Positions 38,209 to 50,894 of a stretch of 64,000 nt of DNA are shown piece by piece (position 1 is the first letter of the stretch; every line of letters begins with the position of its first letter). Made by a program: the position numbers and the translations under genes. The stretch lies in the NCBI GenBank assembly GCA_964016885.1, contig OZ024742.1:129952001-130016000 (forward strand). The letters run 5' to 3'. Under the pieces are notes generated by a model. It was given only the letters and a program-made list of their open reading frames with translations, was not told where the DNA came from and did not search any database. This DNA is from Eledone cirrhosa (taxonomy: Eukaryota).

Positions 38209-38465
38209 ATGAGGGGGGGGGGAATAATCCACTATTATTTTAGTAAGTTATGTCAAGCTCAATGCGTCATTAAAGTCGACAGCATGAAGGAATCCAAGTC
38301 AAAAATATGCTCTGATGGGTTACAATACTGGCATAAATAATTAATGCCAAACGAAAATCAAGGTTTTTTATTCGAATTCCATCTTTAATTTCTACAATTG
38401 CTTCTATGGAGATAAATGTAGTGTCCATATACAGAATCCATCAATTAATCATCAATAATTTAAAT

Positions 38466-38685
38466 GGCGCATGAGCTAAATTCCCATTTCATTAGAAAAC
38501 ATAGATAAAAAGACTTATGAGTTCGATACCTGATCCGAGCTATGTGTTATGTCCTTGTGCAAGACACTTTATTTCACGTTGCTCCTTCTACCTGGAGTTG
38601 CAACCGACAGATAGTATTAGCAACTGGAAAGACCGACGAAAACATTGTTTCCTCGGTCTGATTTGACGAAAGTCGATCGACCCTT
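38466..38685 (+). mobile_element. SINE family C, diverged
   Basis: GAGTTCGATACC B box, TGTCCTTGTGCAAGACACTTTATTTCACGTTGCTCC body, family C tail. Confidence 0.7.
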
Positions 38686-38699
38686 ATTATGTATATTAT

Positions 38700-39470
38700 A
38701 GAGGTAAAGTTGTATGGTAAAGATACATATTACTAGAAAGTGGAGTGTACAGATTTGAAATAACTGTACATCTTTAAATTATGTGTAAAGATGAACATAA
38801 GTTACTTAATAAAATTATGATAAAAATGTAGTTCTCAACCACTCCTAATCTAGCTGATTATATCTCCTCTGGTAATAATAGAAAACTCAAAATATATTAG
38901 CTATCTGATAACAACAATAATAATAATGATACAAGCAATGAAAATACATTAAGGCATTTGAATCGTGCCAATGTAGATCCAGGAGAATCTCCTTCAACTA
39001 TCTATCATCCATACTCTAATTCACATATAACCAAATAGATAACCACAACTGTAACTGCAGAAACCCTATATCCTACTCTCTTAATTTTCTTACTAAAATT
39101 ATAGTGTACCAATGTCTGTACACCTCCTGCACCAAAGTATATTGGTGCAACCTCAAATAGCTTCAAGTCTGGATACTATATGCATTTTCACTCCTTTAAG
39201 AAGAATAAATTAAAAAGTTCTACCTCATTAGTCCATTACATATTGTGGGAATTAAAAGAGGCTAACATTGAGTACTCTCTTAATTGGAATATACTTAGGG
39301 TAGCCCAGGAATATAAACTTGGAAACCGTAGATGTAATTTGTGTCTCACTGAATGCCTCTTAATAATTTAATCTCACTTATCAATCTTAACTAGAAAATC
39401 TGAAATTCTCTCTACTTGCCTACACAGGAATTCATATTCCTTTTACTATAGTAAATATGATCCTACTTAG
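38700..39470 (+). mobile_element. Penelope-like (Naiad-type) GIY-YIG endonuclease end, decayed
   Basis: CNCRN...IVYQC...YIGATSNSFK...SFK...WELKE...NWNIL...CNLCLTE...RKSEILSTCLH. Confidence 0.75.
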
Positions 39471-39804
39471 TATATTATTGTAACCTATTAAGCCCCCCCC
39501 CCTTCTCCTTCTCACAACTTTTTAAAATTATACTGTATCACTTAAATTTCAGAATAAATTATTGAACTTAAAGTTATAGACTTATCAAGATGATATGTAA
39601 TCTGTAACTCATCCTACTTGCTAACACATGAAATATTACTATTATTATTACTCCTTTTATATTAGAATTGTAGAACCATGTTAATTTATCACTGCATCTT
39701 CTTCCCCTTATATAATTGCCTCTTACATCCTTTAATTACATATTAGACTTAAAGAATAGTTAAATTCATCCAAGTAAGTTACTTAGTATGTGATTTAAGT
39801 ACAA

Positions 39805-40416
39805 CTAGCAGAATGGCCCAGCATTGCTCGGGATTTGCTCTAGGGTTCTTATATATTTGATTTATATTTATCCTTATCGAGCATCGTGAAATAAATACGT
39901 TTGTTTATATTTTGTTACTGTGTATGCGAATATATCTGTACACGAATATATAATTATCATCATCATCATCGTTTAACGTCTATCTTCCACGCTAGCATGG
40001 GTTTAGACGGGAATTGTCCCACTTGAGGCAAGATTGGTCGTCTCGCTCGTATGGGACTGTCTGGCAGGTTTTCTACGGTTGGATACCCTTCCTAACACCA
40101 ACCACGTTTACAGTGTGGACTGGGAAGTTTTTTCCGTGTTACCTACACGGCCACATTACAGCGTGGACTGTGTGTTTTTTTTTGTCGTGACACCTACACG
40201 ACCTCATTTATTTAGGACTGGATGTTGTACCAACATAACTTTATAGAGAAAGGGGTGGTGTTGATGGGGATGGGAGAGTTGGGGTATATATATATCCCCC
40301 TCCCACTACCCCAACTCACAGGACCATAAGTATTACATGTGTAAAGTTTAAAAACAATCAGTTGGGTGGTTCTCAAGTTTTAGGGAGTTAGACATTCTCT
40401 GTTTTAGATATATAGA
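39805..40416 (-). mobile_element. Non-autonomous Helitron carrying an RTE 3'UTR insertion (39957-40283)
   Basis: Minus strand: A|TCTATATATCTAAAA ... CCCGAGCAATGCTGGG hairpin ... CTAG|T; same terminal pattern as 19260-20881. Confidence 0.8.
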
Positions 40417-41365
40417 TAAGAGTTTTATAGCCACTACTTCCTTTGATTGCATTACATTCTATCACATGCCCCACAAACAATTGATTGTTATCATCAAGTA
40501 ATTCCTAAGTGTACTTAGGATTTTATCATATCTGCATACTTGTATATGATCTATTACAGCGAGAGCTGGCGAAAGTGACAGTCCTGTAATCAGTGCTTAT
40601 AACACAGATATATATTTGACTGGTTACAGACAATAGCAAATACAGTACTGGAAACTGTGATTGTTCACATTGCAATGTAATGATATTTTGTACATATATT
40701 AATACGTGCTTACAATACTCAGATATATTTTTGACCGGTCACTATCATAAACAAACAGCATAGCTAATATAAAGCATTATTGACACCAGTTTTGCTTATA
40801 TATCAACACATGCTTGCCATTGTAAATGACTTTAGTAGCTTTTCTCTCTCTTAATTCTGTGTGAGTAAAATAGTTTTTTGACTGGTCACTGTCATAAACA
40901 AACACTGTACCAAATATATAATGAATGGATTTGATCATGAGATCAAACCAAGGAAACTATGTTTCCATTGGCTTTTTTTATTGCAGATATTATCTGCAAG
41001 TTGCAACGCCTGGCAGAAGGAGGTGAAATTTGAACTCAGAACGCACAGAGTCAGATCAGACATCACAAAGTCTAACTCTTTAACACTTCCCTCACTGCTC
41101 CTGTACTGGTACATTATTTATCAACTCCAAAACGATGAAATATGAAGTTGACCTCTGAGCAAAGAAAGCTGAAACAAATACCAAACATTTATCCAATGTT
41201 CTTATAACTGTCAATTTGCTGGCCTATTAATAGAGGTCAATAAAATAATTACCAACCTAAATTAAGTACTATGGTCAATATGATTGACTAAAAATCCTTG
41301 AATGAGATATCACAGTATGGCTGTAGTCCAATAACCAAAATTAGTGGAAAATAATAATAATAATA

Positions 41366-41656
41366 ATCCACATATAAAGATCTAGAGATAGAAAATAACT
41401 CGAATGTGGAAAATGAAAACTGAAACAATACCTATAATTATAGGTGCTCTGGGAATGATAAAAAACCTACGCAGACAAATACATAACCAAAACTCCAGGA
41501 CTTATAAATATATACAACATACAAAATATAGCACTAGTAGACACCACACACATATGAAGAGTACTCTCAATACAATAGAAACAACATCACCAAAACCACA
41601 CAGCACATACCCAAGGTGCACAGAGCTGTGCTCGGTAATGCAGTGATAACACACAA

Positions 41657-41692
<36 letters not shown>
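41366..41692 (+). mobile_element. R4/Dong-like LINE 3' end with (AAT)n tail
   Basis: YKDLEIEITRMWKMKTETIPIIIGALGMI; AAT tracts on both sides (41351-41367 and 41658-41692). Confidence 0.8.
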
Positions 41693-41694
<2 letters not shown>

Positions 41695-41958
41695 TTTCTT
41701 TATTAACCACAAGGGTTTACAGAAAGTAGACATTAAGGACAGTGCAGGACAATGCAGGACGGTACAAATGGGCATTTCTGCGTGTAAAAAACAAAAACAG
41801 AGGATGTAACAAAAATAACAATGAAAATAACAATGAAAAATTCCCCAATAGGGGGGAGACTTCGGAGGGACATTCGTGGTGAAAGCCCAGTAAAAAGCCA
41901 CAATGACCCTGACCACCAAGGCAAGTGCCCTCTCCCAGTTTTCCACCTTTAATTTACA
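41693..41958 (-). mobile_element. 5'-truncated Tx1 copy (3' terminus only)
   Basis: Closely similar to 42481-42728 of the long Tx1. Confidence 0.85.
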
Positions 41959-42094
41959 GATATATAATAATAATGGTTCCTTTATTGGCCACAAGGGCTA
42001 ACATGAAGAAAAACATTACAGACAGCACTGAACGGTACAGGATGAAACAAAGTGGGTTTTGGCCGTGTAAAAAAGGTTATAACAAGATATAATA

Positions 42095-42461
42095 ATAATT
42101 GTTTCTACTTTTGGCACAAGGCCAGCAATCATTCCAGTGCATTACTGGTACTTTATTTTATCGACCTCATAAGGATGAAAAGCAAAGTTAACCTTGCCAT
42201 AACTTTATGCAGCAAAGCATGGTGTCTGACACTCTACCGACACTGCCAATCCACCGCCATAATAATAATAATAATTGTTTCTACTTTTGGCACAAGGCCA
42301 GCAATTAATTCAGTACATTACTGGTACTTTATTTTATCGACCCTGTAAGGATGAAAGGCAAAGTTAACCTCGACAGGATTTGAACTCAGACCATAAAGGG
42401 ACGTAACTATGCTACAAAGCATGGTGTCCAACCCTCTACTGATACTGCCAATCCACCGCCC
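42095..42461 (-). mobile_element. Two tandem SINE family A copies separated by (AAT)n
   Basis: 42095-42258 (deleted) and 42272-42461 (full length). Confidence 0.88.
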
Positions 42462-42786
42462 TATAATAATAATAATAATGCTTTCTTTATTAACCACAAG
42501 GTTTTAAACAAAGTAAGACATTAAGAACAATACAGGACGGTACAAATGGGCATTTCTGCGTGTAAAAAACAAAAACAGAGGATGTAACAAAAAAGAAACA
42601 ATGAAAAATTCCCTAAAGGGGAGAGACTGCCGAGGGTTACTCGTGTAGAAAGCCCATTAAAAAAAGCCACGGTGACCCTGACCACCAGGGGAAGTGCCCT
42701 CTCCCAGTTTTCCACCTTTAATTTACAGGCACATACTCAGAGTAGGTCCATTCACTCGGGCCATTCTTGCCTCTCTCACCCATCTT

Positions 42787-45700
42787 TCAACAATCCCTCT
42801 CTACGCTGATTTTCCTTTTCAAATGAAATTTTAAAAAGTTAATCAGGGCATCACCGAAGAGGTAAGTGCTCATCTTCAGCCCTTTCAAACGTGTCCACCA
42901 TACTATCTCTTTCGCCATGGCCACCAGACAGATAAAAACTGCCTGCCCTTCCCGGCTAAAGGAAGAGGGTGGGGCAATCCTCATGATGGACTCAGCTGAA
43001 AGCCGGATCCATCCTACACGCGACAGCAGATGTTCGATTTAAACCCACAAGTCAGCAATGCTCGGACACTGGACGAGTGAGTGCAGGACGGTTTCGTTGC
43101 CCTGCATGCATCTCGGACATGCCCGGCTGACGGCACTTCCATGCCTGTAGAGTTTATCCCGAACTGGCAAAGCTCCTCGGTAGCACTGCCAGGCCAGGGA
43201 TTTCTGGAAGTTGTCCATAGACCCCGGCCCGAAAGTTTTTCCGAAGAGATTGGCTAGTTGATTTTCGTCGACGCCTAGAGTTTCCCCAAGTATGTCGTCG
43301 CTCTTCCACTCCACTAATCCTCTATAGAACACCAAGGTGGAGTTTCCACCGATCACATTGCCCGACTGGTCAAGGTCTGTGAGCGCCTGAAGACATTCCA
43401 GTCTCCAAGCGCTCCCTCTCAGTCTTCGCCACACCTAATCACCGTCGAGGAAAAGGTGGAGATGTCGTAGCCTGAGCGAGTGTCTGCCCAGCCCTCCACG
43501 TAGCGGGTGTTGACAGCAGATGGACCGCCTGACCATCGGAGTGCATCCCTTCCACAAAAAGCGAAAGAGCAAACACTCCAGCACAGTCAGGCGAGGCTTA
43601 GGAGAAGGCACGACAGTCACGCGATATTAGATGACGGACGCGACGTACGCATTCGCCACCTTCGCTCGACCTTTCGGGGATAGCTTCCTCTCTGCTCATT
43701 TCTGGGTGAGAGAAGCCACTCTGCTCATCACCTCGTCCCAATTTTTGTCAGTCTGGAGGTCCAGACCGAACTAGAACCCTAGCAATTTAACTGGTCCATC
43801 CGTCCAGCGCCACCGACTTTTCCTGGTTGATCATTGCTCCTGTCACTGCTTCGTATTCTCTTAGTGTAGTGCCGATCGCCTCGATGTGTTTGGTGTTCGA
43901 CACCACTATGGTGACATCGTCCGCATAGGCTGACACGGATCTTCCACATCCTAGTTCGCACGGGACCCCCCCACCCTCAACGTCTCCAGCTTGTGCAGTA
44001 ATGGCTCGAGGGACAAGAGGGGACATCCTTGGCGTACCGAGTGCATGATGTTGAACGGTTCCGAAAGGTGACCATTCACCCTCACCACAGAACAGATGTC
44101 GCTGTGCATGGCAGCGATCCAGCTTCTGAATATGGGCCCAAAGCCTCAGGACTGCTGCCAGATAATGATGGTCGACCCTATCGAAAGCTTTCAACTGATC
44201 TAAATTGATCAAGGACCCACCCATGCCAGGTTCCCTAGCTACCCTCTCCATGATGTATCGCATGAGATGGAGGTTGTCGTGGATGGATCTGTCTGGAATG
44301 GCGCATGTCTGCGCCTCTCCCACCAGACCACCAACGACAAGCACCAACCTCTTTGCTAGCACCTTGGACAAAATCTTGAACTCTGTGTTTAGCAGAGTAA
44401 TGGGCCTGAAATTATCTATGTTATCCCCCTTGTTCGGATCATTTCTCAGCAGCGCCACCACTCCTCGGCTCACAGAGCTAGGAATTTTCCCGTTCTGTTG
44501 CCAGTTGCAGTAGACGTCCGCCAAGAGGCCTCTGAACAAGTCTGGCATATGTACGTAAAATTCATAGAGCAGACCATCCAAACCAGGCGATTTACCCCTT
44601 GTGCAGCCAGTCATTGCCTCCCGTACTTCAGTGGCTGTTATTGGCTTTTCGCAACACTCCGCCTCAGTGGCCGAGAGCTGCAGCAGTCCGTCGAGGTAGA
44701 CACAAAAGTCCATCGCACGATCCGGCTCGCCGCTGCCCCCGAACAGCTGAGCGAAGTGTCACTGAAAAGCTTCACACATTTTCCCGGGATCGAGTAGCAT
44801 GCGCCTGTCGTGGCCCACCAAAGACCGGATCGTGACTTTGTTGCCACAACGCGCTTCTGTCACTCAGGCCCATTGAGCAGCTTTTGTCCCCTCGTGTCTG
44901 AGAGCACGCACCCTAGCTCTGATAAGCAGCCTTCGTGCTTTGCATTGAAGAATTGGTCAAGGGCCAATTTCGCTGTAAGTACGGTCGCGATGCCTTTATT
45001 AAGTGCCTCATCTAATTTTCTAACTAGTTCTCCCTCTGCTCTATTTTTCTCTATTGCTAAAGCCTTACTAAACCTAATGGACTCTATTCTAATCGCTCTT
45101 TTCAGAGCAAACCACCATTTGCTGTTTACAATGGCCCCCATCAACGCCCATTTAACTAGTTCGCTAATCCGGTCTCTGTCGGCCTTGCGCGCTGTTAATG
45201 ACGCGTTTAGCTTCCAGTAGCCGGGTCCCTGTCTATGAAGCCTATCTAAGTCAACCTCACAGATCACGAATTTGTGGTCCATGTAGTCGACTATTTTGAA
45301 ATGTGGACAGCCTATGCTAGACCTATCTATTTCCCTACAAAATACCCTATCTAGATATGATCTGGATGACCCGATACGGTTTGTCCATGTCCACATTGGC
45401 ACATTTGGGAAATCCAGACGGTACCTGTCAGAGAGTTGAAACCGTCTGAGCAGGTTTGCGAGGCTTTTACACCCTCCTCCCCTATCCACTAATCCAACAC
45501 AGTCCCAGCGTGCATCTAAGATCCTGTTCCCGTCGCCCACTAACACTAAAGAGCGGGACATTCCAAGAAAGGTCTCCAGACGCCGGAAGAAATCAGGCCG
45601 CCCTGCTCCTGTCGGGGCATAGATGGCCACTAGCCTGAAAGCTTGCCCATCTCCGCTGGTCACGTCCAGCACCACCAACTTACCTTCTGGGTCCAGGAAG

Positions 45701-45954
45701 ATGGCCCGTATGGCAAGATCCAAACCTCTCTGAAAAAGCACAGCAACTCCTCCCCCTGATCCAGGATGGCTGGGAGATGCGTAAACATCGTAGCCGCTGA
45801 AGATCGGTGTGAAGGCTCGTGCTTCGGAGATTCTCGTCTCGCTGATGGCCACCACATCTATGTTTAGTGACCTGAGATCATTGAGCAGGTGGCCCTGCTT
45901 CCATGACGATCCCGGGCCAAGCGCATTTATGCTGCCTATTCTGAGTGAGGTCAT
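42787..45954 (-). pseudogene. Tx1 ORF2 (APE-RT-zf), frameshifted
   Basis: 45954-44860: SINALG, DVVAISET, IYAP, LVGDGN, SYLDRVF, DHK, WKLN. 44713-43787: KSPGLDGL, NFRPITLLNTEFKILSK, KAFDRVDH, AYADDV. 43434-43039: CPRC..ETVLH...CP. Confidence 0.9.
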
Positions 45955-45994
45955 GTTGAAAAGGAGTGGAAAAAGATGGGAAAAACCACTTACC

Positions 45995-46928
45995 TCACTT
46001 TTCGTAGAGGAAGGATGGTTTCTCCATCCTTCTCACTGCTTGTGGCCTCCTTCGGAAGGATGTCCTTATAAATCCTCCTGGAGAGTGTTTGTCTCCGATG
46101 TTCTTGGGGAAATTTTGTTTTAGCGTTGTGTATGCTTTCTGTGTGATGCAAGTGATTTGTATGTGTGGAGGTGGTGTGAATTTGTGGGGTGTTGTGTAGT
46201 CTTTTTCTGTGATGCTGGTGTTGTGTTGGATGTAGTGTAATAATTGGTTGTTGTTCAAATTTAATTGTTTCTACTTTAGGCACAAGGCCAGCAATTACCC
46301 AGTGCATTACTGGTACTTTATTTTATCGACCCCGCAAGGATGAAAGGCAAAGTCAACCTCGGCGGGATTTGAACTCAGATCGTAAAGGGACGTAACTATG
46401 CTGGAAAGCATGGCGTCCGACCCTCTACCGATACTGCCAATCCACCGCCTTCAGTTCAAATTTAATTGTTTCTACTTTTGGCACAAGGCCAGTAATTACC
46501 CAGTGCATTACTGGTACTTTATTTTATCGACCCCGTAAGGATAAAAGGCAAAGTCAACCTCGGCGGGATTTGAACTCAGATTGTAAAGGGACGTAACTAT
46601 GCTGGAAAGCATGGCGTCCGACCCTCTACTGATGCTGCCAATCCAGTTCAAATTTAATGCTGTGTAGTGTGTATCGTTTTGGTTATTTTGTTTTGTTTGC
46701 GTTTGTTGTGGGTTTGTTTCTGTTTCGCTTTTTGGTGATTTTTGTGGTGTTGGTGATGGTGGTCTTGGGGTTAATGATGGTGATGGTGTTGGTGTTTGTG
46801 TTGATGGGGCTGGTGATGCTGGTGTGGGTGGTGGGATAGCTGTCTTAACTTTTTTGTTTGTTTGTTTATTTACTTCCCCCTGCATTTTGTTTTTGGAGGG
46901 CGAAGGAAGTGGATTTTTTTCTTTTGGG

Positions 46929-46959
<31 letters not shown>

Positions 46960-48150
46960 TTTCTTTTTCCTGATATCATTTCCCACCCCTCCTCATCGTC
47001 ACAATCTGTCTCCAGTTGCGATAGGTCGGGAGTGGAAAATCCTCCGCAGGCGTTGGTTTTGGTTGTGGCATGGTGGATGGTGGAGGCGCTGGTGCTAATT
47101 CTGGCGCGGTGGGTGGTGGTGGTGTTGGTTTTTCTACTGTTGCTGCTACAGTTGCTTCTGTTGTTGCTGCTACAGTTGTTGCTGCCATTTCTGCTGCTGG
47201 TGGTTTTGATGGTTGAGTCACTGGAGTGGATAGGAGAGGTGGCCTCAACTTTTTAGCCTGAGGGCAGAAAGCCTTTAGGTGGGTTCCTTCGCCACAAACG
47301 ACACACCTAGACCTTCTACCCTCAACGATTATGGTGACGTGGCTGCCGTCATTGAGGTCTATCACCACAATAGCTTGGGACGAGTGTGAACTCGTCACTT
47401 CTTAATGGGGCCATGGAGTGCTCTCTGGCTTCCTGTGGGGTTCCAAAGAACACGTCCATGGTACCATATTTCTGCCCACATCTGATGTGAGGTTTTTTTC
47501 GCCCACACATGTCCCAAAGCTTTTTGTATCTGGGACTTGGATGCCCGTTCCACTCGGTGTGATTTTGTGTTTATCGTCCGATATGACACGGTGCATTGGC
47601 ACCGATGCTCCAATTTATTAGATGGGGATGGGGGGCGGGAGGCTAATCCTGTACCCATCTTTTTTTAACATTCTCTTGGCTTCATTTAAGTCATCCTGGC
47701 TTACCTCGATTGTTTCGCTTTTCTTGGCTGCTTTGGCAAACGACACATTTTGTTTTGCGCTGGTGTTGATGTTGTTGTTATTCTCATTGTTGTTGTTGTT
47801 GTTGTTGTTATTGTTATTTTTGGTTTCAGTTGTGGTGGTGGTGGTGTCAGTGGTGTTCGGCGTGGAAGAGTCGATTCTGGGTGAATCCATTTTGATGTCA
47901 CAAGATAATAATTTTTTTTTTTTGTTTCTGTTGTCGCTATGGTGGTGGTTGGGGTGGCGGCTTTAACACCTGCAGTTATTGGTAATGGCGGGAAATGAAT
48001 GTCTGCATGTGACAAATTTAAATTATTGCCACTGCTTATATTTTTAGTGTTAGCAAACGTAGTAATGTCTACAATGGTGGTGTTGGTAGTGGTGGGAGGT
48101 GTTGGTTTGTTCTGATGGCTGTCAGCTTTGTGCGGCTGAGTGCCGTCCAT
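45995..48150 (-). pseudogene. Tx1 ORF1, broken by frameshifts and two SINEs
   Basis: GRRSRCVVCGEGTHLKAFCP (CX2CX4HX4C) at ~47320-47260, flanked by low-complexity T/N/P and K/R-rich stretches. Confidence 0.7.
46262..46645 (-). mobile_element. Two SINE family A copies at one site in Tx1 ORF1
   Basis: GTTCAAATTTAAT occurs three times: 46253-46265, 46454-46466 and 46646-46658. Confidence 0.92.
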
Positions 48151-48373
48151 GTTTTTTTTCAAAGAAAGTTTTTGTTTGATAATTATAAAAGTTTAAAATG
48201 TTGGGCTCAAGGCCCCAATATTATTTACTGTCCTTTCCAGAAAGCAATATATGTGAACTTATAAACACTTAACAACAAAAATTTTCCATAACTGGCAATT
48301 TGAAACAACTGAAAACAACAAACCTTTGCGGAGCTCACGATAATACGATTTCCTACGTAGGTCGCCAATAATC

Positions 48374-48406
<33 letters not shown>

Positions 48407-48419
48407 CACACTGTGAATT

Positions 48420-48710
48420 TATTTGCCCTAGGTGTCAGGAAGTCACTCGGCATATATCTCAGAAACAATAATGAAAGAAAATAAAAATAATAATAATAAT
48501 AAGATAGTTCTAATGGGAACCGCCCATATACTAAGGAAGATTCTGTCAATATAAATACATCACAGGTCTAAACACCTAAAGAAACATATGTGTGTATGTG
48601 TTCCTTCTTAAACATGGCAGACCTTGTTGTCTCTTGAGGTCACTGGTTGTGACTTGGTGATAACTCGTATGAATATAAAGCAAGATAAATGAAACAATAA
48701 TAATAATAAT
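48420..48710 (+). mobile_element. R4/Dong-like LINE 3' fragment with (AAT)n tail
   Basis: KIVLMGTAHILRKILSI* at ~48500-48553, then 3'UTR and AAT tail. Confidence 0.65.
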
Positions 48711-48868
48711 AGCAATTTCGGGGGAGGGGAAAGTCAATTAAATCGACGCGGTACGTGACTGGTACTTTATTTTATCAACCCCAATTTGGGGAATTTTGAA
48801 TAATAATAATAAAGAAAGAAATAAAGAAATATAAAAAGAAAGGAAAAAACAATGCTTTTAATACTTAA

Positions 48869-49099
48869 TGTTTTTGATACCAAACTGCCTGAAACCATCC
48901 CTTGGTTCTACACTGTAAAGTGTTTATATTTATCTAAAAACCTTCCACCACAATTATATATTATAAAATATGTTCCAAACACCAGTTAAATAATCGGAAA
49001 TTAGTTATAATACTAAATCCTTTAGAATTTTTGATTAATGTCAAAATTATTTGAAAAACATAGGCAGTGTCTTTCATTAGAAATATGGTAATGAAAGTG
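48869..49099. mobile_element. TTAA-flanked MITE (second family)
   Basis: TTAA..TTTGATACCAA ... GGTAATGAAAGTG|TTAA; related opposite-orientation copies at ~32950-33171 and 58365-58758. Confidence 0.55.
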
Positions 49100-49489
49100 T
49101 TAAATGTATCAATGGCTGGATTATATGAAGTTGTAAGAACACACTAAAGCAATTGTTTAACAAATTTTTGTTCTTTTCTTTTTTTGTTATTTTTTCTTCT
49201 TTTTTTTAATACCTTTTTATCATTGATAACAAGTATAAAATAGTTCTTGAAATCTAGACAGTACCTGAATTGTTGAAACTTGTGTTTTAGAGCTAAATGC
49301 TTTCCTTGACAATAATCGCTCAATATATTGAAGCAATAAAGAGAGTCTTTATGTGGTTGTTGTTGTATAACCCAAGGCCAAACTTAATTGAGTAGGCTTA
49401 TGATCAAAGGCATACTAACTAACCCATGACCATCTAGCCCTTTTTCTTATGTGCAGAGAACCCATAATCACATTATCTGATGTATCCAG

Positions 49490-49800
49490 GGTCAAAACTA
49501 ACCTTAGTGGGATTTGAACTCAGAACGTAAAGCTCTGTAACTATATCATCTGGAGCTCTACCAATAGTGTCAATACAACGCCCTTAATAATAATAATTTC
49601 TGATTTAGACACAAGGCCAGAAATTTGGGATGAGGGGAAAGTCGATTAAATCGACCCCTGTGCATTACTGGTCTTTTATTTATTGACCCTGTAAGGATGG
49701 AAGGCAAAGCTAACCTTGGCAGAATTTGCACTCAGAACGTAAAGGGACGCAACTCTATGCTGCAAATCATGGTGTCCAACACTCTACTGATACTGCCAAT
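49490..49800 (-). mobile_element. SINE family A older-subfamily copies
   Basis: GGATTTGAACTCAGAACGTAAAG head fragment plus a full older copy at 49595-49800. Confidence 0.75.
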
Positions 49801-50894
49801 TTCTTTGAAAAATCCAATCCAACCCATGCTAGTATCTAAAAGCAAATGTAAAAATGATGAGGATGAGGGTGATACTATGGATTTGTAGCATAAACACAAG
49901 GTCTCAAAGTTGAGGGTTTATATTTGACCCCGGTAATTTATCATCATCATTTTAATGTCTGCTTTCTCTGCTAGCAAGGGTTGGGTGGGTCTACATAGAC
50001 CAAGTCAGTACTGAAGCGGGGCTACTGATCTCCCAGGCAGGCTAGGGATCTGCGTCCTGCTTATGTATGCTCTCACGTTCTACCAAATGCACAGGAGAGG
50101 TTGTCATATCTTTGACACAACTGAGGGTCCACCCGCCCCTTTGATTGGCAAGCTTTCTATGTCTGGATGCCCTTGCTACCACCAACTACTTTCATCAACC
50201 CTAGAAAGATAAAAGGAAAAACTGAATTTGGTGAAATCTGAACTCAGAATATAAAGGACTGTGACAAAATATTCCGTTTTATGGCTGTTTTAACAATTCT
50301 TTCTAATAACAGTTTCTAGCATAGGCAGAAAACTAGAAATTTGAGAAAAGAGGTTAGCTGATTAAATCACCCCTAGTACTTGACTGCTACTTTAAAGATC
50401 AAATTTAAAAAAAATGAAAGGTAAAGTTGACCTGAAAAGGATTTGAACTCAGACTATAAAGAGCCAGAATAAATGCTGCAAAGCCATTTGACTGATACTC
50501 TAATTATTCTACCAATCCAACACCCTATAATTCTCTTCTTCCTCCTCCTATCATCATCATCATCATCATTTTATGCCTGCTTTCCATGCTGGCATGGGTG
50601 GAATGGATTGTCACAGTCCAAGACCAGACAAGTCAAAGTGACCACATCTTGCACATATATACCACATTTGGTATGTATGGATTTTACAGCTGGATGCCCT
50701 TCCTAACACTAGACCACCTTACTAAATGTACTGGGTGCATTTTATTGACACAATCACTACCACTTTACAAAGTAGAGTGGGTGTTTTTTATAGTGGCACC
50801 AATGCTAAACAAATTGTCATATGCTGAGCCAGACTGAAGAGCTCTCTTAAACCCTATATTGTCTCCATAATTCAGCTTAATAATGGCTTCTGAG

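Larger units (their letters stand above)
42480..48366 (-). mobile_element. Near full-length Tx1-clade (L1 superfamily) LINE, disrupted
   Basis: ORF1 with a zinc knuckle; ORF2 with APE endonuclease, RT and C-terminal CCHC; AATAAA plus (ATT)n at the 3' end and (ATT)n at the 5' flank. Confidence 0.88.
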
